Both the position numbers and the translations under genes were made by a program. DNA of 64,000 bases from Eledone cirrhosa (lineage: Eukaryota): contig OZ024741.1 in NCBI GenBank assembly GCA_964016885.1, positions 12,958,001-13,022,000 of the forward strand, read 5' to 3'. Each line of letters starts with the position of its first letter. The stretch's first letter is position 1. The notes below the pieces were generated by a model. It did no database searches, was not told where the DNA came from, and saw only the letters and a list, made by a program, of their open reading frames with translations. Positions 35,401-50,400 of the stretch are shown here, one piece after another.

Positions 35401-38400
35401 GCTAACAACTGATGCAGGTAGTTTGTTCCATGGAGGGTTTAAAGGATGCAGTGTCTCGACAGCTAACAACTGATGTAGGTAGTTTGTTCCAGGGAGGTTT
35501 TAAATGATGCAGTGTCCCGACAGCTAACAACTGATGTAGGTAGTTTGTTCCATGGAGGTTTTAAAGGATGCAATGTCCCGACAGCTAACAACTAATGCAG
35601 CTAGTTTGTTCCATGGAGGTTTTAAAGGATGCAATGTCCCGACAGCTAACAACTGATGCAGGTAGTTTGTTCCATATAGGTTTTAAAGGATGCTGTATCT
35701 CGACAGCTAATAACTGATGCAGGTAGTTTGTTCCATGGTGGTTTTAACGGATGCAGTGTCTCGACAGCTAACAACTGATGCAGGTAGTTTGTTCCATGGA
35801 GGTTTTAAAGGATGCAGTGTCTCAACAGCTAACAACTGATGTAAGTAGTTTGTTCCATGGAGGTTTTAAAGGATGCTGTGTACCGACATCTAACAACTGA
35901 TGAGGTAGTTTGTTCCATGGAAGTTTTAAAGGATGCTGTGTCTCGACAGCTAACAACTAATGTAGGTAGTTTGTTCCATGGAGGTTTTAAAGGATGCAGT
36001 GTCTCGACAGCTAACAACTAATCTAGGTAGTTTGTTCCATGGAGGTTTTAAAGGATGCAGTGTCCCGACAGCTAACATCTGATGTAGGTAGTTTGTTCCA
36101 TGGAGGTTTTAAAGGATGCAGTGTCTCGACAGCTAACAACTGATGCAGATAGTTTGTTCCATGGAGGTTTTAAAGAATGCAGTGTCTCGACAGCTAACAA
36201 CTGATGCAGGTAGTTTGTTCCATGGCGGTTTTAAAGGATGCAGTGTCTTGACAGCTAACAACTAATGTAGGTAGTTTGTTTCATGGAGGTTTTAAAGGAT
36301 GCAGTGTCCCGACAGCTAACAACTGAAGCAGGTAGTTTGTTCCATGGAGGTTTTAAAGGATGCAGTGTCTCGACAACTAACATCTGATGTAGGTAGTTTG
36401 TTTCATGGAGGTTTTAAAGGATGCAGTGTCTCGACAGTTAACAACTGATGTAGGTAGTTTGTTCCATGGAGGTTTTAAAGGATGCAGTGTTGCGACAGCT
36501 AACAACTGATGCAGGTAGTTTGTTCCATGGAGGTTTTAAAGGATGCAGTGTCGCGACAACTAACAATTAATGTTGGTAGTTTGTTCCATGGAGGTTTTAA
36601 AGGATGCTGTATCTCGACAGCTAATAACTGATGCAGGTAGTTTGTTCCATGGAGGTTTTAACGGATGCAGTGTCTCGACAGCTAATAACTGATGCAGGTT
36701 TTTAAAAGATGCAGTGTCCCGACAGCTAACAACTGATGCAGGTAGTTTGTTCCATTGAGGTTTTAAAGGATGCAGTGTCTCGACAGCTAACAACTAATGT
36801 AGGTAGTTTGTTCCATGGAGGTTTTAAAGGATGCAGTGTCCCGACAGCCCACATCTGATGTAGGTAGTTTGTTCCATGGAGGTTTTAAAGGATGCAGTGT
36901 CTCGACAGCTAACAACTGATGTAGGTAGTTTGTTCCATGGAGATTTTAAAGGATGCAGTGTCCCGACAGCTAACATCTGATGTAGGTAGTTTGTTCCATG
37001 GAGGTTTTAAAGGATGCAGTGTCTCGACAGCTAACAACTGATGCAGATAGTTTGTTCCATGGCGGTTTTAAAGGATGCAGTGTCTTGACAGCTAACAACT
37101 AATGTAGGTAGTTTGTTTCATGGAGGTTTTAAAGGATGCAGTGTCCCGACAGCTAACAACTGAAGCAGCTAGTTTGTTCCATGGAGGTTTTAAAGGATGC
37201 AGTGTCTCGACAACTAACATCTGACGTAGGTAGTTTGTTTCATGGAGGTTTTAAAGGATGCAGTGTCTCGACAGTTAACAACTGATGTAGGTAGTGTGTT
37301 CCATGGAGGTTTTAAAGGATGCAGTGTTGCGACAGCTAACAGCTGATGCAGGTAGTTTGTTCCATGGAGGTTTTAAAGGATGCAGTGTCCAGACAACTAA
37401 CAACTAATGTTGGTAGTTTGTTCCATCGAGGTTTTAAAGGATGCAATGTCCCGACAGCTAACAATTAATGCAGCTAGTTTGTTTCATGGAGGTTTTAAAG
37501 GATGCAATGTCCCGACAGCTAACAACTGATGCAGGTAGTTTGTTCCATATAGGTTTTAAAGGATGCTGTGTCTCGACAGCTAATAACTGATGCAGGTAGT
37601 TTGTTCCATGGTGGTTTTAACGGATGCAGTGTCTCGACAGCTAACAACTGATGCAGGTAGTTTGTTCCATGGAGGTTTTAAAGGATGCAGTATCTGAACA
37701 GCTAACAACTGATGTAAGTAGTTTGTTCCATGGAGGTTTTAAAGGATGCTGTGTACCGACATCTAACAACTGATGAGGTAGTTTGTTCCATGGAAGTTTT
37801 AAAGGATGCAGTGTCTCGACAGCTAACAACTAATGTAGGTAGTTTGTTCCATGGAGGTTTTAAAGGATGCAGTGTCTCGACAGCTAACAACTAATCTAGG
37901 TAGTTTGTTCCATGGAGGTTTTAAAGGATGCAGTGTCCCGACAGCTAACATCTGATGTAGGTAGTTTGTTCCATGGAGGTTTTAAAGGATGCAGTGTCTC
38001 GACAGCTAACAACTGATGCAGATAGTTTGTTCCATGGAGGTTTTAAAGAATGCAGTGTCTCGACAGCTAACAACTGATGCAGGTAGTTTGTTCCATGGCG
38101 GTTTTAAAGGATGCAGTGTCTTGACAGCTAACAACTAATGTAGGTAGTTTGTTTCATGGAGGTTTTAAAGGATGCAGTGTCCCGACAGCTAACAACTAAA
38201 GCAGGTAGTTTGTTCCATGGAGGTTTTAAAGGATGCAGTGTCTCGACAACTAACATCTGATGTAGGTAGTTTGTTTCATGGAGGTTTTAAAGGATGCAGT
38301 GTCTCGACAGTTAACAACTGATGTAGGTAGTTTGTTCCATGGAGGTTTTAAAGGATGCAGTGTTGCGACAGCTAACAACTGATGCAGGTAGTTTGTTCCA

Positions 38401-41400
38401 TGGAGGTTTTAAAGGATGCAGTGTCGCGACAACTAACAATTAATGTTGGTAGTTTGTTCCATGGAGGTTTTAAAGGATGCTGTATCTCGACAGCTAATAA
38501 CTGATGCAGGTAGTTTGTTCCATGGAGGTTTTAACGGATGCAGTGTCTCGACAGCTAATAACTGATGCAGGTTTTTAAAAGATGCAGTGTCCCGACAGCT
38601 AACAACTGATGCAGGTAGTTTGTTCCATTGAGGTTTTAAAGGATGCAGTGTCCCGACAGCCCACATCTGATGTAGGTAGTTTGTTCCATGGAGGTTTTAC
38701 AGGATGCAGTGTCTCGACAGCTAACAACTGATGTAGGTAGTTTGTTCCATGGAGATTTTAAAGGATGCAGTGTCCCGACAGCTAACATCTGATGTAGGTA
38801 GTTTGTTCCATGGAGGTTTTAAAGGATGCAGTGTCTCGACAGCTAACAACTGATGCAGATAGTTTGTTCCATGGCGGTTTTAAAGGATGCAGTGTCTTGA
38901 CAGCTAACAACTAATGTAGGTAGTTTGTTTCATGGAGGTTTTAAAGGATGCAGTGTCCCGACAGCTAACAATTAATGCAGCTAGTTTGTTTCATGGAGGT
39001 TTTAAAGGATGCAATGTCCCGACAGCTAACAACTGATGCAGGTAGTTTGTTCCATATAGGTTTTAAAGGATGCTGTGTCTCGACAGCTAATAACTGATGC
39101 AGGTAGTTTGTTCCATGGAGGTTTTAACGGATGCAGTGTCTCGACAGCTAACAACTGATGCAGGTAGTTTGTTCCATGGAGGTTTTAAAGGATGCAGTGT
39201 CTCGACAGCTAACAACTGATGTAAGTAGTTTGTTCCATGGAGGTTTTAAAGGATGCTGTGTACCGACATCTAACAACTGATGAGGTAGTTTGTTCCATGG
39301 AGGTTTTAAAGGATGCTGTGTCTCGACAGCTAACAACTAATGTAGGTAGTTTGTTCCATGGAGGTTTTAAAGTATGCAGTGTCCCGACAGCTAACATCTG
39401 ATGTAGGTAGTTTGTTCCATGGAGGTTTTAAAGGATGCAGTGTCTCGACAGCTAACAACTAATGTAGGTAGTTTGTTCCATGGAAGTTTTAAAGGATGCT
39501 GTGTCTCGACAGCTAACAACTAATGTAGGTAGTTTGTTCCATGGAGGTTTTAAAGGATGCAGTGTCCCGACAGCCCACATCTGATGTAGGTAGTTTGTTC
39601 CATGGAGGTTTTAAAGGATGCAGTGTCTCGACAGCTAACAACTGATGCAGATAGTTTGTTTCATGGAGGTTTTAAAGAATGCAGTGTCTCGACAGCTAAC
39701 AACTGATGCAGGTAGTTTGTTCCATGGCGGTTTTAAAGGATGCAGTGTCTTGACAGCTATCAACTAATGTAGGTAGTTTGTTTCATGGAGGTTTTAAAGG
39801 ATGCAGTGTCCCGACAGCTAACAACTGAAGCAGGTAGTTTGTTCCGTTGAGGTTTTAAAGGATGCAGTGTCTCGACAACTAACATCTGATGTAGGTAGTT
39901 TGTTTCGTGGAGGTTTTAAAGGATGCAGTGTCTCGACAGCTAACAACTGATGTAGGTAGTTTGTTCCATGGAGGTTTTAAAGGATGCAGTGTTCCGACAG
40001 TTAACAACTGATGCAGGTAGTTTGTTCCATGGAGGTTTTAAAGGATGCAGTGTCCCGACAGCTAACAACTAATGCAGGTAGTTTGTGCCATGGAGGTTTT
40101 AACAAATGCTGTGTCCCGACAGCTAACAACTGATGCAGGTAGTTTGTTCCATGGAGGGTTTAAAGGATGCAGTGTCTCGACAGCTAACAACTGATGTAGG
40201 TAGTTTGTTCCAGGGAGGTTTTAAATGATGCAGTGTCCCGACAGCTAACAACTGATGCAGATAGTTTGTTCCATGGAGGTTTTAAAGGATGCAGTGTCTC
40301 GACAGCTAACAACTGATGCAGGTAGTTTATTCTATGGAGGTTTTAAAGGATGCAGTGTCTCGACAGCTAACAACTGATGCAGGTAGTTTGTTCCATGGAG
40401 GTTTTAAAGGATGCAGTGTCTCGACAGCTAACAACTGATGCAGGTAGTTTGTTCCATTGATGTTTTAAAGGATGCAGTGTCTCAACAGCTAACAACTGAT
40501 GTAAGTAGTTTGTTCCATGGAGGTTTTAAAGGATGCTGTGTACCGACATCTAACAACTGATGAGGTAGTTTGTTCCATGGAAGTTTTAAAGGATGCTGTG
40601 TCTCGACAGCTAACAACTAATGTAGGTAGTTTGTTCCATGGAGGTTTTAAAGGATGCAGTGTCTCGACAGCTAACAATTAATGTAGGTAGTTTGTTCCAT
40701 GGAGGTTTTAAAGGATGCAGTGTCCCGACAGCTAACATCTGATGTAGGTAGTTTGTTCCATGGAGGTTTTAAAGGATGCAGTGTCTCGACAGCTAACAAC
40801 TGATGCAGATAGTTTGTTCCATGGCGGTTTTAAAGGATGCAGTGTCTTGACAGCTAACAACTAATGTAGGTAGTTTGTTTCATGGAGGTTTTAAAGGATG
40901 CAGTGTCCCGACAGCTAACAACTGATGCAGGTGGTTTGTTCCATGGAGGTTTTAAAGGATGCAGTGTCCCGACAGCTAACAACTGATGCAGATAGTTTGT
41001 TCCATGGAGGTTTTAAAGGATGCAGTGTCTCGGCAGCTAACAACTGATGCAGGTAGTTTGTTCCATTGATGTTTTAAAGGATGCTGTGTCTCGACAGCTA
41101 ACAACTAATGTAGGTAGTTTGTTCCATGGAGGTTTTAAAGGATGCAGTGTCTCGACAGCTAACAACTAATGTAGGTAGTTTGTTCCATGGAGGTTTTAAA
41201 GGATGCAGTGTCCCGACAGCTAACATCTGAAGTAGGTAGTTTGTTCCATGGAGGTTTTAAAGGATGCAGTGTCTCGACAGCTAACAACTGATGCAGATAG
41301 TTTGTTCCATGGAGGTTTTAAAGAATGCAGTGTCTCGACAGCTAACAACTGATGCAGGTAGTTTGTTCCATGGCGGTTTTAAAGGATGCAGTGTCTTGAC

Positions 41401-44400
41401 AGCTATCAACTAATGTAGGTAGTTTGTTTCATGGAGGTTTTAAAGGATGCAGTGTCCCGACAGCTAACAACTGAAGCAGGTAGTTTGTTCCGTTGAGGTT
41501 TTAAAGGATGCAGTGTCTCGACAACTAACATCTGATGTAGGTAGTTTGTTTCGTGGAGGTTTTAAAGGATGCAGTGTCTCGACAGCTAACAACTGATGTA
41601 GGTAGTTTGTTCCATGGAGGTTTTAAAGGATGCAGTGTTCCGACAGTTAACAACTGATGCAGGTAGTTTGTTCCATGGAGGTTTTAAAGGATGCAGTGTC
41701 CCGACAGCTAACAACTAATGCAGGTAGTTTGTGCCATGGAGGTTTTAACAAATGCTGTGTCCCGACAGCTAACAACTGATGCAGGTAGTTTGTTCCATGG
41801 AGGGTTTAAAGGATGCAGTGTCTCGACAGCTAACAACTGATGTAGGTAGTTTGTTCCAGGGAGGTTTTAAATGATGCAGTGTCCCGACAGCTAACAACTG
41901 ATGCAGATAGTTTGTTCCATGGAGGTTTTAAAGGATGCAGTGTCTCGACAGCTAACAACTGATGCAGGTAGTTTATTCTATGGAGGTTTTAAAGGATGCA
42001 GTGTCTCGACAGCTAACAACTGATGCAGGTAGTTTGTTCCATGGAGGTTTTAAAGGATGCAGTGTCTCGACAGCTAACAACTGATGCAGGTAGTTTGTTC
42101 CATTGATGTTTTAAAGGATGCAGTGTCTCAACAGCTAACAACTGATGTAAGTAGTTTGTTCCATGGAGGTTTTAAAGGATGCTGTGTACCGACATCTAAC
42201 AACTGATGAGGTAGTTTGTTCCATGGAAGTTTTAAAGGATGCTGTGTCTCGACAGCTAACAACTAATGTAGGTAGTTTGTTCCATGGAGGTTTTAAAGGA
42301 TGCAGTGTCTCGACAGCTAACAATTAATGTAGGTAGTTTGTTCCATGGAGGTTTTAAAGGATGCAGTGTCCCGACAGCTAACATCTGATGTAGGTAGTTT
42401 GTTCCATGGAGGTTTTAAAGGATGCAGTGTCTCGACAGCTAACAACTGATGCAGATAGTTTGTTCCATGGCGGTTTTAAAGGATGCAGTGTCTTGACAGC
42501 TAACAACTAATGTAGGTAGTTTGTTTCATGGAGGTTTTAAAGGATGCAGTGTCCCGACAGCTAACAACTGATGCAGGTGGTTTGTTCCATGGAGGTTTTA
42601 AAGGATGCAGTGTCCCGACAGCTAACAACTGATGCAGATAGTTTGTTCCATGGAGGTTTTAAAGGATGCAGTGTCTCGGCAGCTAACAACTGATGCAGGT
42701 AGTTTGTTCCATTGATGTTTTAAAGGATGCTGTGTCTCGACAGCTAACAACTAATGTAGGTAGTTTGTTCCATGGAGGTTTTAAAGGATGCAGTGTCTCG
42801 ACAGCTAACAACTAATGTAGGTAGTTTGTTCCATGGAGGTTTTAAAGGATGCAGTGTCCCGACAGCTAACATCTGAAGTAGGTAGTTTGTTCCATGGAGG
42901 TTTTAAAGGATGCAGTGTCTCGACAGCTAACAACTGATGCAGATAGTTTGTTCCATGGAGGTTTTAAAGAATGCAGTGTCTCGACAGCTAACAACTGATG
43001 CAGGTAGTTTGTTCCATGGCGGTTTTAAAGGATGCAGTGTCGCGACAACTAACATCTAATGTTGGTAGTTTGTTCCATGGAGGTTTTAAAGGATGCAATG
43101 TCCCGACAGCTAACAACTAATGCAGCTAGTTTGTTCCATGGAGGTTTTAAAGGATGCTGTGTCTCGACAGCTAACAACTGATGCAGGTAGTTTGTTCCAT
43201 GGAGGTTTTAACGGATGCAGTGTCTCGACAGCTAATAACTGATGCAGGTTTTTAAAAGATGCAGTGTCCCGACAGCTAACAACTGATGCAGGTAGTTTGT
43301 TCCATTGAGGTTTTAAAGGATGCAGTGTCTCGACAGCTAACAACTAATGTAGGTAGTTTGTTCCATGGAGGTTTTAAAGGATGCAGTGTCCCGACAGCCC
43401 ACATCTGATGTAGGTAGTTTGTTCCATGGAGGTTTTAAAGGATGCAGTGTCTCGACAGCTAACATCTGATGCAGATAGTTTGTTTCATGGAGGTTTTAAA
43501 GAATGCAGTGTCTCGACAGCTAACAACTGATGCAGGTAGTTTGTTCCATGGCGGTTTTAAAAGATGCAGTGTCTTGACAGCTATCAACTAATGTAGGTAG
43601 TTTGTTTCATGGAGGTTTTAAAGGATGCAGTGTCCCGACAGCTAACAACTAAAGCAGTTAGTTTGTTCCATGGAGGTTTTAAAGGATGCAGTGTCTCGAC
43701 AACTAACATCTGATGTAGGTAGTTTGTTTCGTGGAGGTTTTAAAGGATGCAGTGTCTCGACAGCTAACAACTGATGTAGGTAGTTTGTTCCATGGAGGTT
43801 TTAAAGGATGCAGTGTTCCGACAGTTAACAACTGATGCAGGTAGTTTGTTCCATGGAGGTTTTAAAGGATGCAGTGTCCCGACAGCTAACAACTAATGTA
43901 GGTAGTTTGTTTCATGGAGGTTTTAAAGGATGCAGTGTCCCGACAGCTAACAATTAATGCAGCTAGTTTGTTTCATGGAGGTTTTAAAGGATGCAATGTC
44001 CCGACAGCTAACAACTGATGCAGGTAGTTTGTTCCATATAGGTTTTAAAGGATGCTGTGTCTCGACAGCTAATAACTGATGCAGGTAGTTTGTTCCATGG
44101 AGGTTTTAACGGATGCAGTGTCTCGACAGCTAACAACTGATGCAGGTAGTTTGTTCCATGGAGGTTTTAAAGGATGCAGTGTCTCGACAGCTAACAACTG
44201 ATGTAAGTAGTTTGTTCCATGGAGGTTTTAAAGGATGCTGTGTACCGACATCTAACAACTGATGAGGTAGTTTGTTCCATGGAGGTTTTAAAGGATGATG
44301 TGTCTCGACAGCTAACAACTAATGTAGGTAGTTTGTTCCATGGAGGTTTTAAAGGATGCAGTGTCCCGACAGCTAACATCTGATGTAGGTAGTTTGTTCC

Positions 44401-47400
44401 ATGGAGGTTTTAAAGGATGCAGTGTCTCGACAGCTAAAAACTGATGTAAGTAGTTTGTTCCATGGAGGTTTTAAAGGATGCTGTGTACCGACAGCTAACA
44501 ACTAATGTAGGTAGTTTGTTCCATGGAAGTTTTAAAGGATGCTGTGTCTCGACAGCTAACAACTAATGTAGGTAGTTTGTTCCATGGAGGTTTTAAAGGA
44601 TGCAGTGTCCCGACAGCCCACATCTGATGTAGGTAGTTTGTTCCATGGAGGTTTTAAAGGATGCAGTGTCTCGACAGCTAACAACTGATGCAGATAGTTT
44701 GTTTCATGGAGGTTTTAAAGAATGCAGTGTCTCGACAGCTAACAACTGATGCAGGTAGTTTGTTCCATGGCGGTTTTAAAGGATGCAGTGTCTTGACAGC
44801 TATCAACTAATGTAGGTAGTTTGTTTCATGGAGGTTTTAAAGGATGCAGTGTCCCGACAGCTAACAACTGAAGCAGGTAGTTTGTTCCGTTGAGGTTTTA
44901 AAGGATGCAGTGTCTCGACAACTAACATCTGATGTAGGTAGTTTGTTTCGTGGAGGTTTTAAAGGATGCAGTGTCTCGACAGCTAACAACTGATGTAGGT
45001 AGTTTGTTCCATGGAGGTTTTAAAGGATGCAGTGTTCCGACAGTTAACAACTGATGCAGGTAGTTTGTTCCATGGAGGTTTTAAAGGATGCAGTGTCCCG
45101 ACAGCTAACAACTAATGCAGGTAGTTTGTGCCATGGAGGTTTTAACAAATGCTGTGTCCCGACAGCTAACAACAGATGCAGGTAGTTTGTTCCATGGAGG
45201 GTTTAAAGGATGCAGTGTCTCGACAGCTAACAACTGATGCAGATAGTTTGTTCCATGGCGGTTTTAAAGGATGCAGTGTCTTGACAGCTAACAACTAATG
45301 TAGGTAGTTTGTTTCATGGAGGTTTTAAAGGATGCAGTGTCCCGACAGCTAACAACTGATGCAGGTGGTTTGTTCCATGGAGGTTTTAAAGGATGCAGTG
45401 TCCCGACAGCTAACAACTGATGCAGATAGTTTGTTCCATGGAGGTTTTAAAGGATGCAGTGTCTCGGCAGCTAACAACTGATGCAGGTAGTTTGTTCCAT
45501 TGATGTTTTAAAGGATGCTGTGTCTCGACAGCTAACAACTAATGTAGGTAGTTTGTTCCATGGAGGTTTTAAAGGATGCAGTGTCTCGACAGCTAACAAC
45601 TAATGTAGGTAGTTTGTTCCATGGAGGTTTTAAAGGATGCAGTGTCCCGACAGCTAACATCTGATGTAGGTAGTTTGTTCCATGGAGGTTTTAAAGGATG
45701 CAGTGTCTCGACAGCTAACAACTGATGCAGATAGTTTGTTCCATGGAGGTTTTAAAGAATGCAGTGTCTCGACAGCTAACAACTGATGCAGGTAGTTTGT
45801 TCCATGGCGGTTTTAAAGGATGCAGTGTCGCGACAACTAACATCTAATGTTGGTAGTTTGTTCCATGGAGGTTTTAAAGGATGCAATGTCCCGACAGCTA
45901 ACAACTAATGCAGCTAGTTTGTTCCATGGAGGTTTTAAAGGATGCTGTGTCTCGACAGCTAACAACTGATGCAGGTAGTTTGTTCCATGGAGGTTTTAAC
46001 GGATGCAGTGTCTCGACAGCTAATAACTGATGCAGGTTTTTAAAAGATGCAGTGTCCCGACAGCTAACAACTGATGCAGGTAGTTTGTTCCATTGAGGTT
46101 TTAAAGGATGCAGTGTCTCGACAGCTAACAACTAATGTAGGTAGTTTGTTCCATGGAGGTTTTAAAGGATGCAGTGTCCCGACAGCCCACATCTGATGTA
46201 GGTAGTTTGTTCCATGGAGGTTTTAAAGGATGCAGTGTCTCGACAGCTAACATCTGATGCAGATAGTTTGTTTCATGGAGGTTTTAAAGAATGCAGTGTC
46301 TCGACAGCTAACAACTGATGCAGGTAGTTTGTTCCATGGCGGTTTTAAAAGATGCAGTGTCTTGACAGCTATCAACTAATGTAGGTAGTTTGTTTCATGG
46401 AGGTTTTAAAGGATGCAGTGTCCCGACAGCTAACAACTAAAGCAGTTAGTTTGTTCCATGGAGGTTTTAAAGGATGCAGTGTCTCGACAACTAACATCTG
46501 ATGTAGGTAGTTTGTTTCGTGGAGGTTTTAAAGGATGCAGTGTCTCGACAGCTAACAACTGATGTAGGTAGTTTGTTCCATGGAGGTTTTAAAGTATGCA
46601 GTGTTCCGACAGTTAACAACTGATGCAGGTAGTTTGTTCCATGGAGGTTTTAAAGGATGCAGTGTCCCGACAGCTAACAACTAATGCAGGTAGTTTGTGC
46701 CATGGAGGTTTTAAAGGATGCAATGTCCCGACAGCTAACAACTAATGTAGGTAGTTTGTTCCATGGAGGTTTTAAAGGATGCAGTGTCTCGACACCTAAC
46801 ATCTGATGTAGGTAGTTTGTTCGATGGAGGTTTTAAAGGATGCAGTGTCTCGACAGCTAACAACTGATGCAGATAGTTTGTTTCATGGAGGTTTTAAAGG
46901 ATGTAGTGTCCCGACAGCTAACAACTGAAGCAGGTAGTTTGTTCCATTGAGGTTTTAAAGGATGTAGTGTCTCGACAACTAACATCTGATGTAGGTAGTT
47001 TGTTTCATGGAGGTTTTAAAGGATGCAGTGTCTCGACAGCTAACAACTGATGCAGGTAGTTTGTTCCATGGAGGTTTTAAAGGATGCAGTGTCTCGTCAG
47101 CTAACAACTTATGCAGGTAGTTTGTTCCATGGAGGTTTTAAAAGATGCAGTGTCTCGACAGCTAACAACTGATGCAGATAGTTTGTTTCATGGAGGTTTT
47201 AAAGGATGTAGTGTCCCGACAGCTAACAACTGAAGCAGGTAGTTTGTTCCATTGAGGTTTTAAAGGATGTAGTGTCTCGACAACTAACATCTGATGTAGG
47301 TAGTTTGTTTCATGGAGGTTTTAAAGGATGCAGTGTCTCGACAGCTAACAACTGATGCAGGTAGTTTGTTCCATGGAGGTTTTAAAGGATGCAGTGTCTC

Positions 47401-50400
47401 GACAGCTAACAACTGATGCAGGTAGTTTGTTCCATTGATGTTTTAAAGGATGCAGTGTCTCAACAGCTAACAACTGATGTAAGTAGTTTGTTCCATGGAG
47501 GTTTTAAAGGATGCTGTGTACCGACATCTAACAACTGATGAGGTAGTTTGTTCCATGGAAGTTTTAAAGGATGCTGTGTCTCGACAGCTAACAACTAATG
47601 TAGGTAGTTTGTTCCATGGAGGTTTTAAAGGATGCAGTGTCTCGACAGCTAACAATTAATGTAGGTAGTTTGTTCCATGGAGGTTTTAAAGGATGCAGTG
47701 TCCCGACAGCTAACATCTGATGTAGGTAGTTTGTTCCATGGAGGTTTTAAAGGATGCAGTGTCTCGACAGCTAACAACTGATGCAGATAGTTTGTTCCAT
47801 GGCGGTTTTAAAGGATGCAGTGTCTTGACAGCTAACAACTAATGTAGGTAGTTTGTTTCATGGAGGTTTTAAAGGATGCAGTGTCCCGACAGCTAACAAC
47901 TGATGCAGGTGGTTTGTTCCATGGAGGTTTTAAAGGATGCAGTGTCCCGACAGCTAACAACTGATGCAGATAGTTTGTTCCATGGAGGTTTTAAAGGATG
48001 CAGTGTCTCGGCAGCTAACAACTTATGCAGGTAGTTTGTTCCATGGAGGTTTTAAAAGATGCAGTGTCTCGACAGCTAACAACTGATGTAGGTAGTTTGT
48101 TCCAGGGAGGTTTTAAAGGATCCAGTGTCTCGACAGCTAACAACTGATGCAGATAGTTTGTTCCATGGAGGTTTTAAAGGATGCAGTGTCCCGACAGCTA
48201 ACAACTCATGCAGGTAGTTTTTTCCATGGAGGTTTTAAAGGATGCAGTGTCCCGACAGCTAACAACTGATGCAGATAGTTTGTTCCATGGAGGTTTTAAA
48301 GGATGCAGTGTCTCGGCAGCTAACAACTGATGCAGGTAGTTTGTTCCATTGATGTTTTAAAGGATGCTGTGTCTCGACAGCTAACAACTAATGTAGGTAG
48401 TTTGTTCCATGGAGGTTTTAAAGGATGCAGTGTCTCGACAGCTAACAACTAATGTAGGTAGTTTGTTCCATGGAGGTTTTAAAGGATGCAGTGTCCCGAC
48501 AGCTAACATCTGATGTAGGTAGTTTGTTCCATGGAGGTTTTAAAGGATGCAGTGTCTCGACAGCTAACAACTGATGCAGATAGTTTGTTCCATGGAGGTT
48601 TTAAAGAATGCAGTGACTCGACAGCTAACAACTGATGCAGGTAGTTTGTTCCATGGCGGTTTTAAAGGATGCAGTGTCGCGACAACTAACATCTGATGTA
48701 GGTAGTTTGTTCCATGGAGGTTTTAAAGGATGCAGTGTCTCGACAGCTAACAACTGATGCAGATAGTTTGTTCCATGGAGGTTTTAAAGGATGCTGTGTC
48801 TCGACAGCTAACAACTGATGCAGGTAGTTTGTTCCATGGAGGTTTTAACGGATGCAGTGTCTCGACAGCTAATAACTGATGCAGGTTTTTAAAAGATGCA
48901 GTGTCCCGACAGCTAACAACTGATGCAGGTAGTTTGTTCCATTGAGGTTTTAAAGGATGCAGTGTCTCGACAGCTAACAACTAATGTAGGTAGTTTGTTC
49001 CATGGAGGTTTTAAAGGATGCAGTGTCCCGACAGCCCACATCTGATGTAGGTAGTTTGTTCCATGGAGGTTTTAAAGGATGCAGTGTCTCGACAGCTAAC
49101 ATCTGATGCAGATAGTTTGTTTCATGGAGGTTTTAAAGAATGCAGTGTCTCGACAGCTAACAACTGATGCAGGTAGTTTGTTCCATGGCGGTTTTAAAAG
49201 ATGCAGTGTCTTGACAGCTATCAACTAATGTAGGTAGTTTGTTTCATGGAGGTTTTAAAGGATGCAGTGTCCCGACAGCTAACAACTAAAGCAGGTAGTT
49301 TGTTCCATGGAGGTTTTAAAGGATGCAGTGTCTCGACAACTAACATCTGATGTAGGTAGTTTGTTTCGTGGAGGTTTTAAAGGATGCAGTGTCTCGACAG
49401 CTAACAACTGATGTAGGTAGTTTGTTCCATGGAGGTTTTAAAGGATGCAGTGTTCCGACAGTTAACAACTGATGCAGGTAGTTTGTTCCATGGAGGTTTT
49501 AAAGGATGCAGTGTCCCGACAGCTAACAACTAATGCATGTAGTTTGTGCCATGGAGGTTTTAAAGGATGCAATGACCCGACAGCTAACAACTAATGTAGG
49601 TAGTTTGTTCCATGGAGGTTTTAAAGGATGCAGTGTCTCGACAGCTAACAACTGATGTAAGTTGTTTGTTCTATGGAGGTTTTAAAGGATGCAGTGTCTC
49701 GACAGCTAACAACTGATGCAGGTAGTTTGTTCCATGGAGGTTTTAAAGGATGCAGTGTCTCGACAGCTAACAACTGATGCAGATAGTTTGTTTCATGGAG
49801 GTTTTAAAGGATGTAGTGTCCCGACAGCTAACAACTGAAGCAGGTAGTTTGTTCCATTGAGGTTTTAAAGGATGTAGTGTCTCGACAACTAACATCTGAT
49901 GTAGGTAGTTTGTTTCATGGAGGTTTTAAAGGATGCAGTGTCTCGACAGCTAACAACTGATGCAGGTAGTTTGTTCCATGGAGGTTTTAAAGGATGCAGT
50001 GTCTCGTCAGCTAACAACTTATGCAGGTAGTTTGTTCCATGGAGGTTTTAAAAGATGCAGTGTCTCGACAGCTAACAACTGATGTAGGTAGTTTGTTCCA
50101 GGGAGGTTTTAAAGGATGCAGTGTCTCGACAGCTAACAACTGATGTAAGTTGTTTGTTCTATGGAGGTTTTAAAGGATGCAGTGTCTCGACAGCTAACAA
50201 CTGATGCAGGTAGTTTGTTCCATGGAGGTTTTAAAGGATGCAGTGTCTCGACAGCTAACAACTGATGCAGGTAGTTTGTTCCATGGAGGTTTTAAAGGAT
50301 GCAGTGTCTCGACAGCTAACAACTGATGCAGGTAGTTTGTTCCATGGAGGTTTTAAAGGATGCAGTGTCTCGACAGCTAACAACTGATGTAAGTAGTTTG

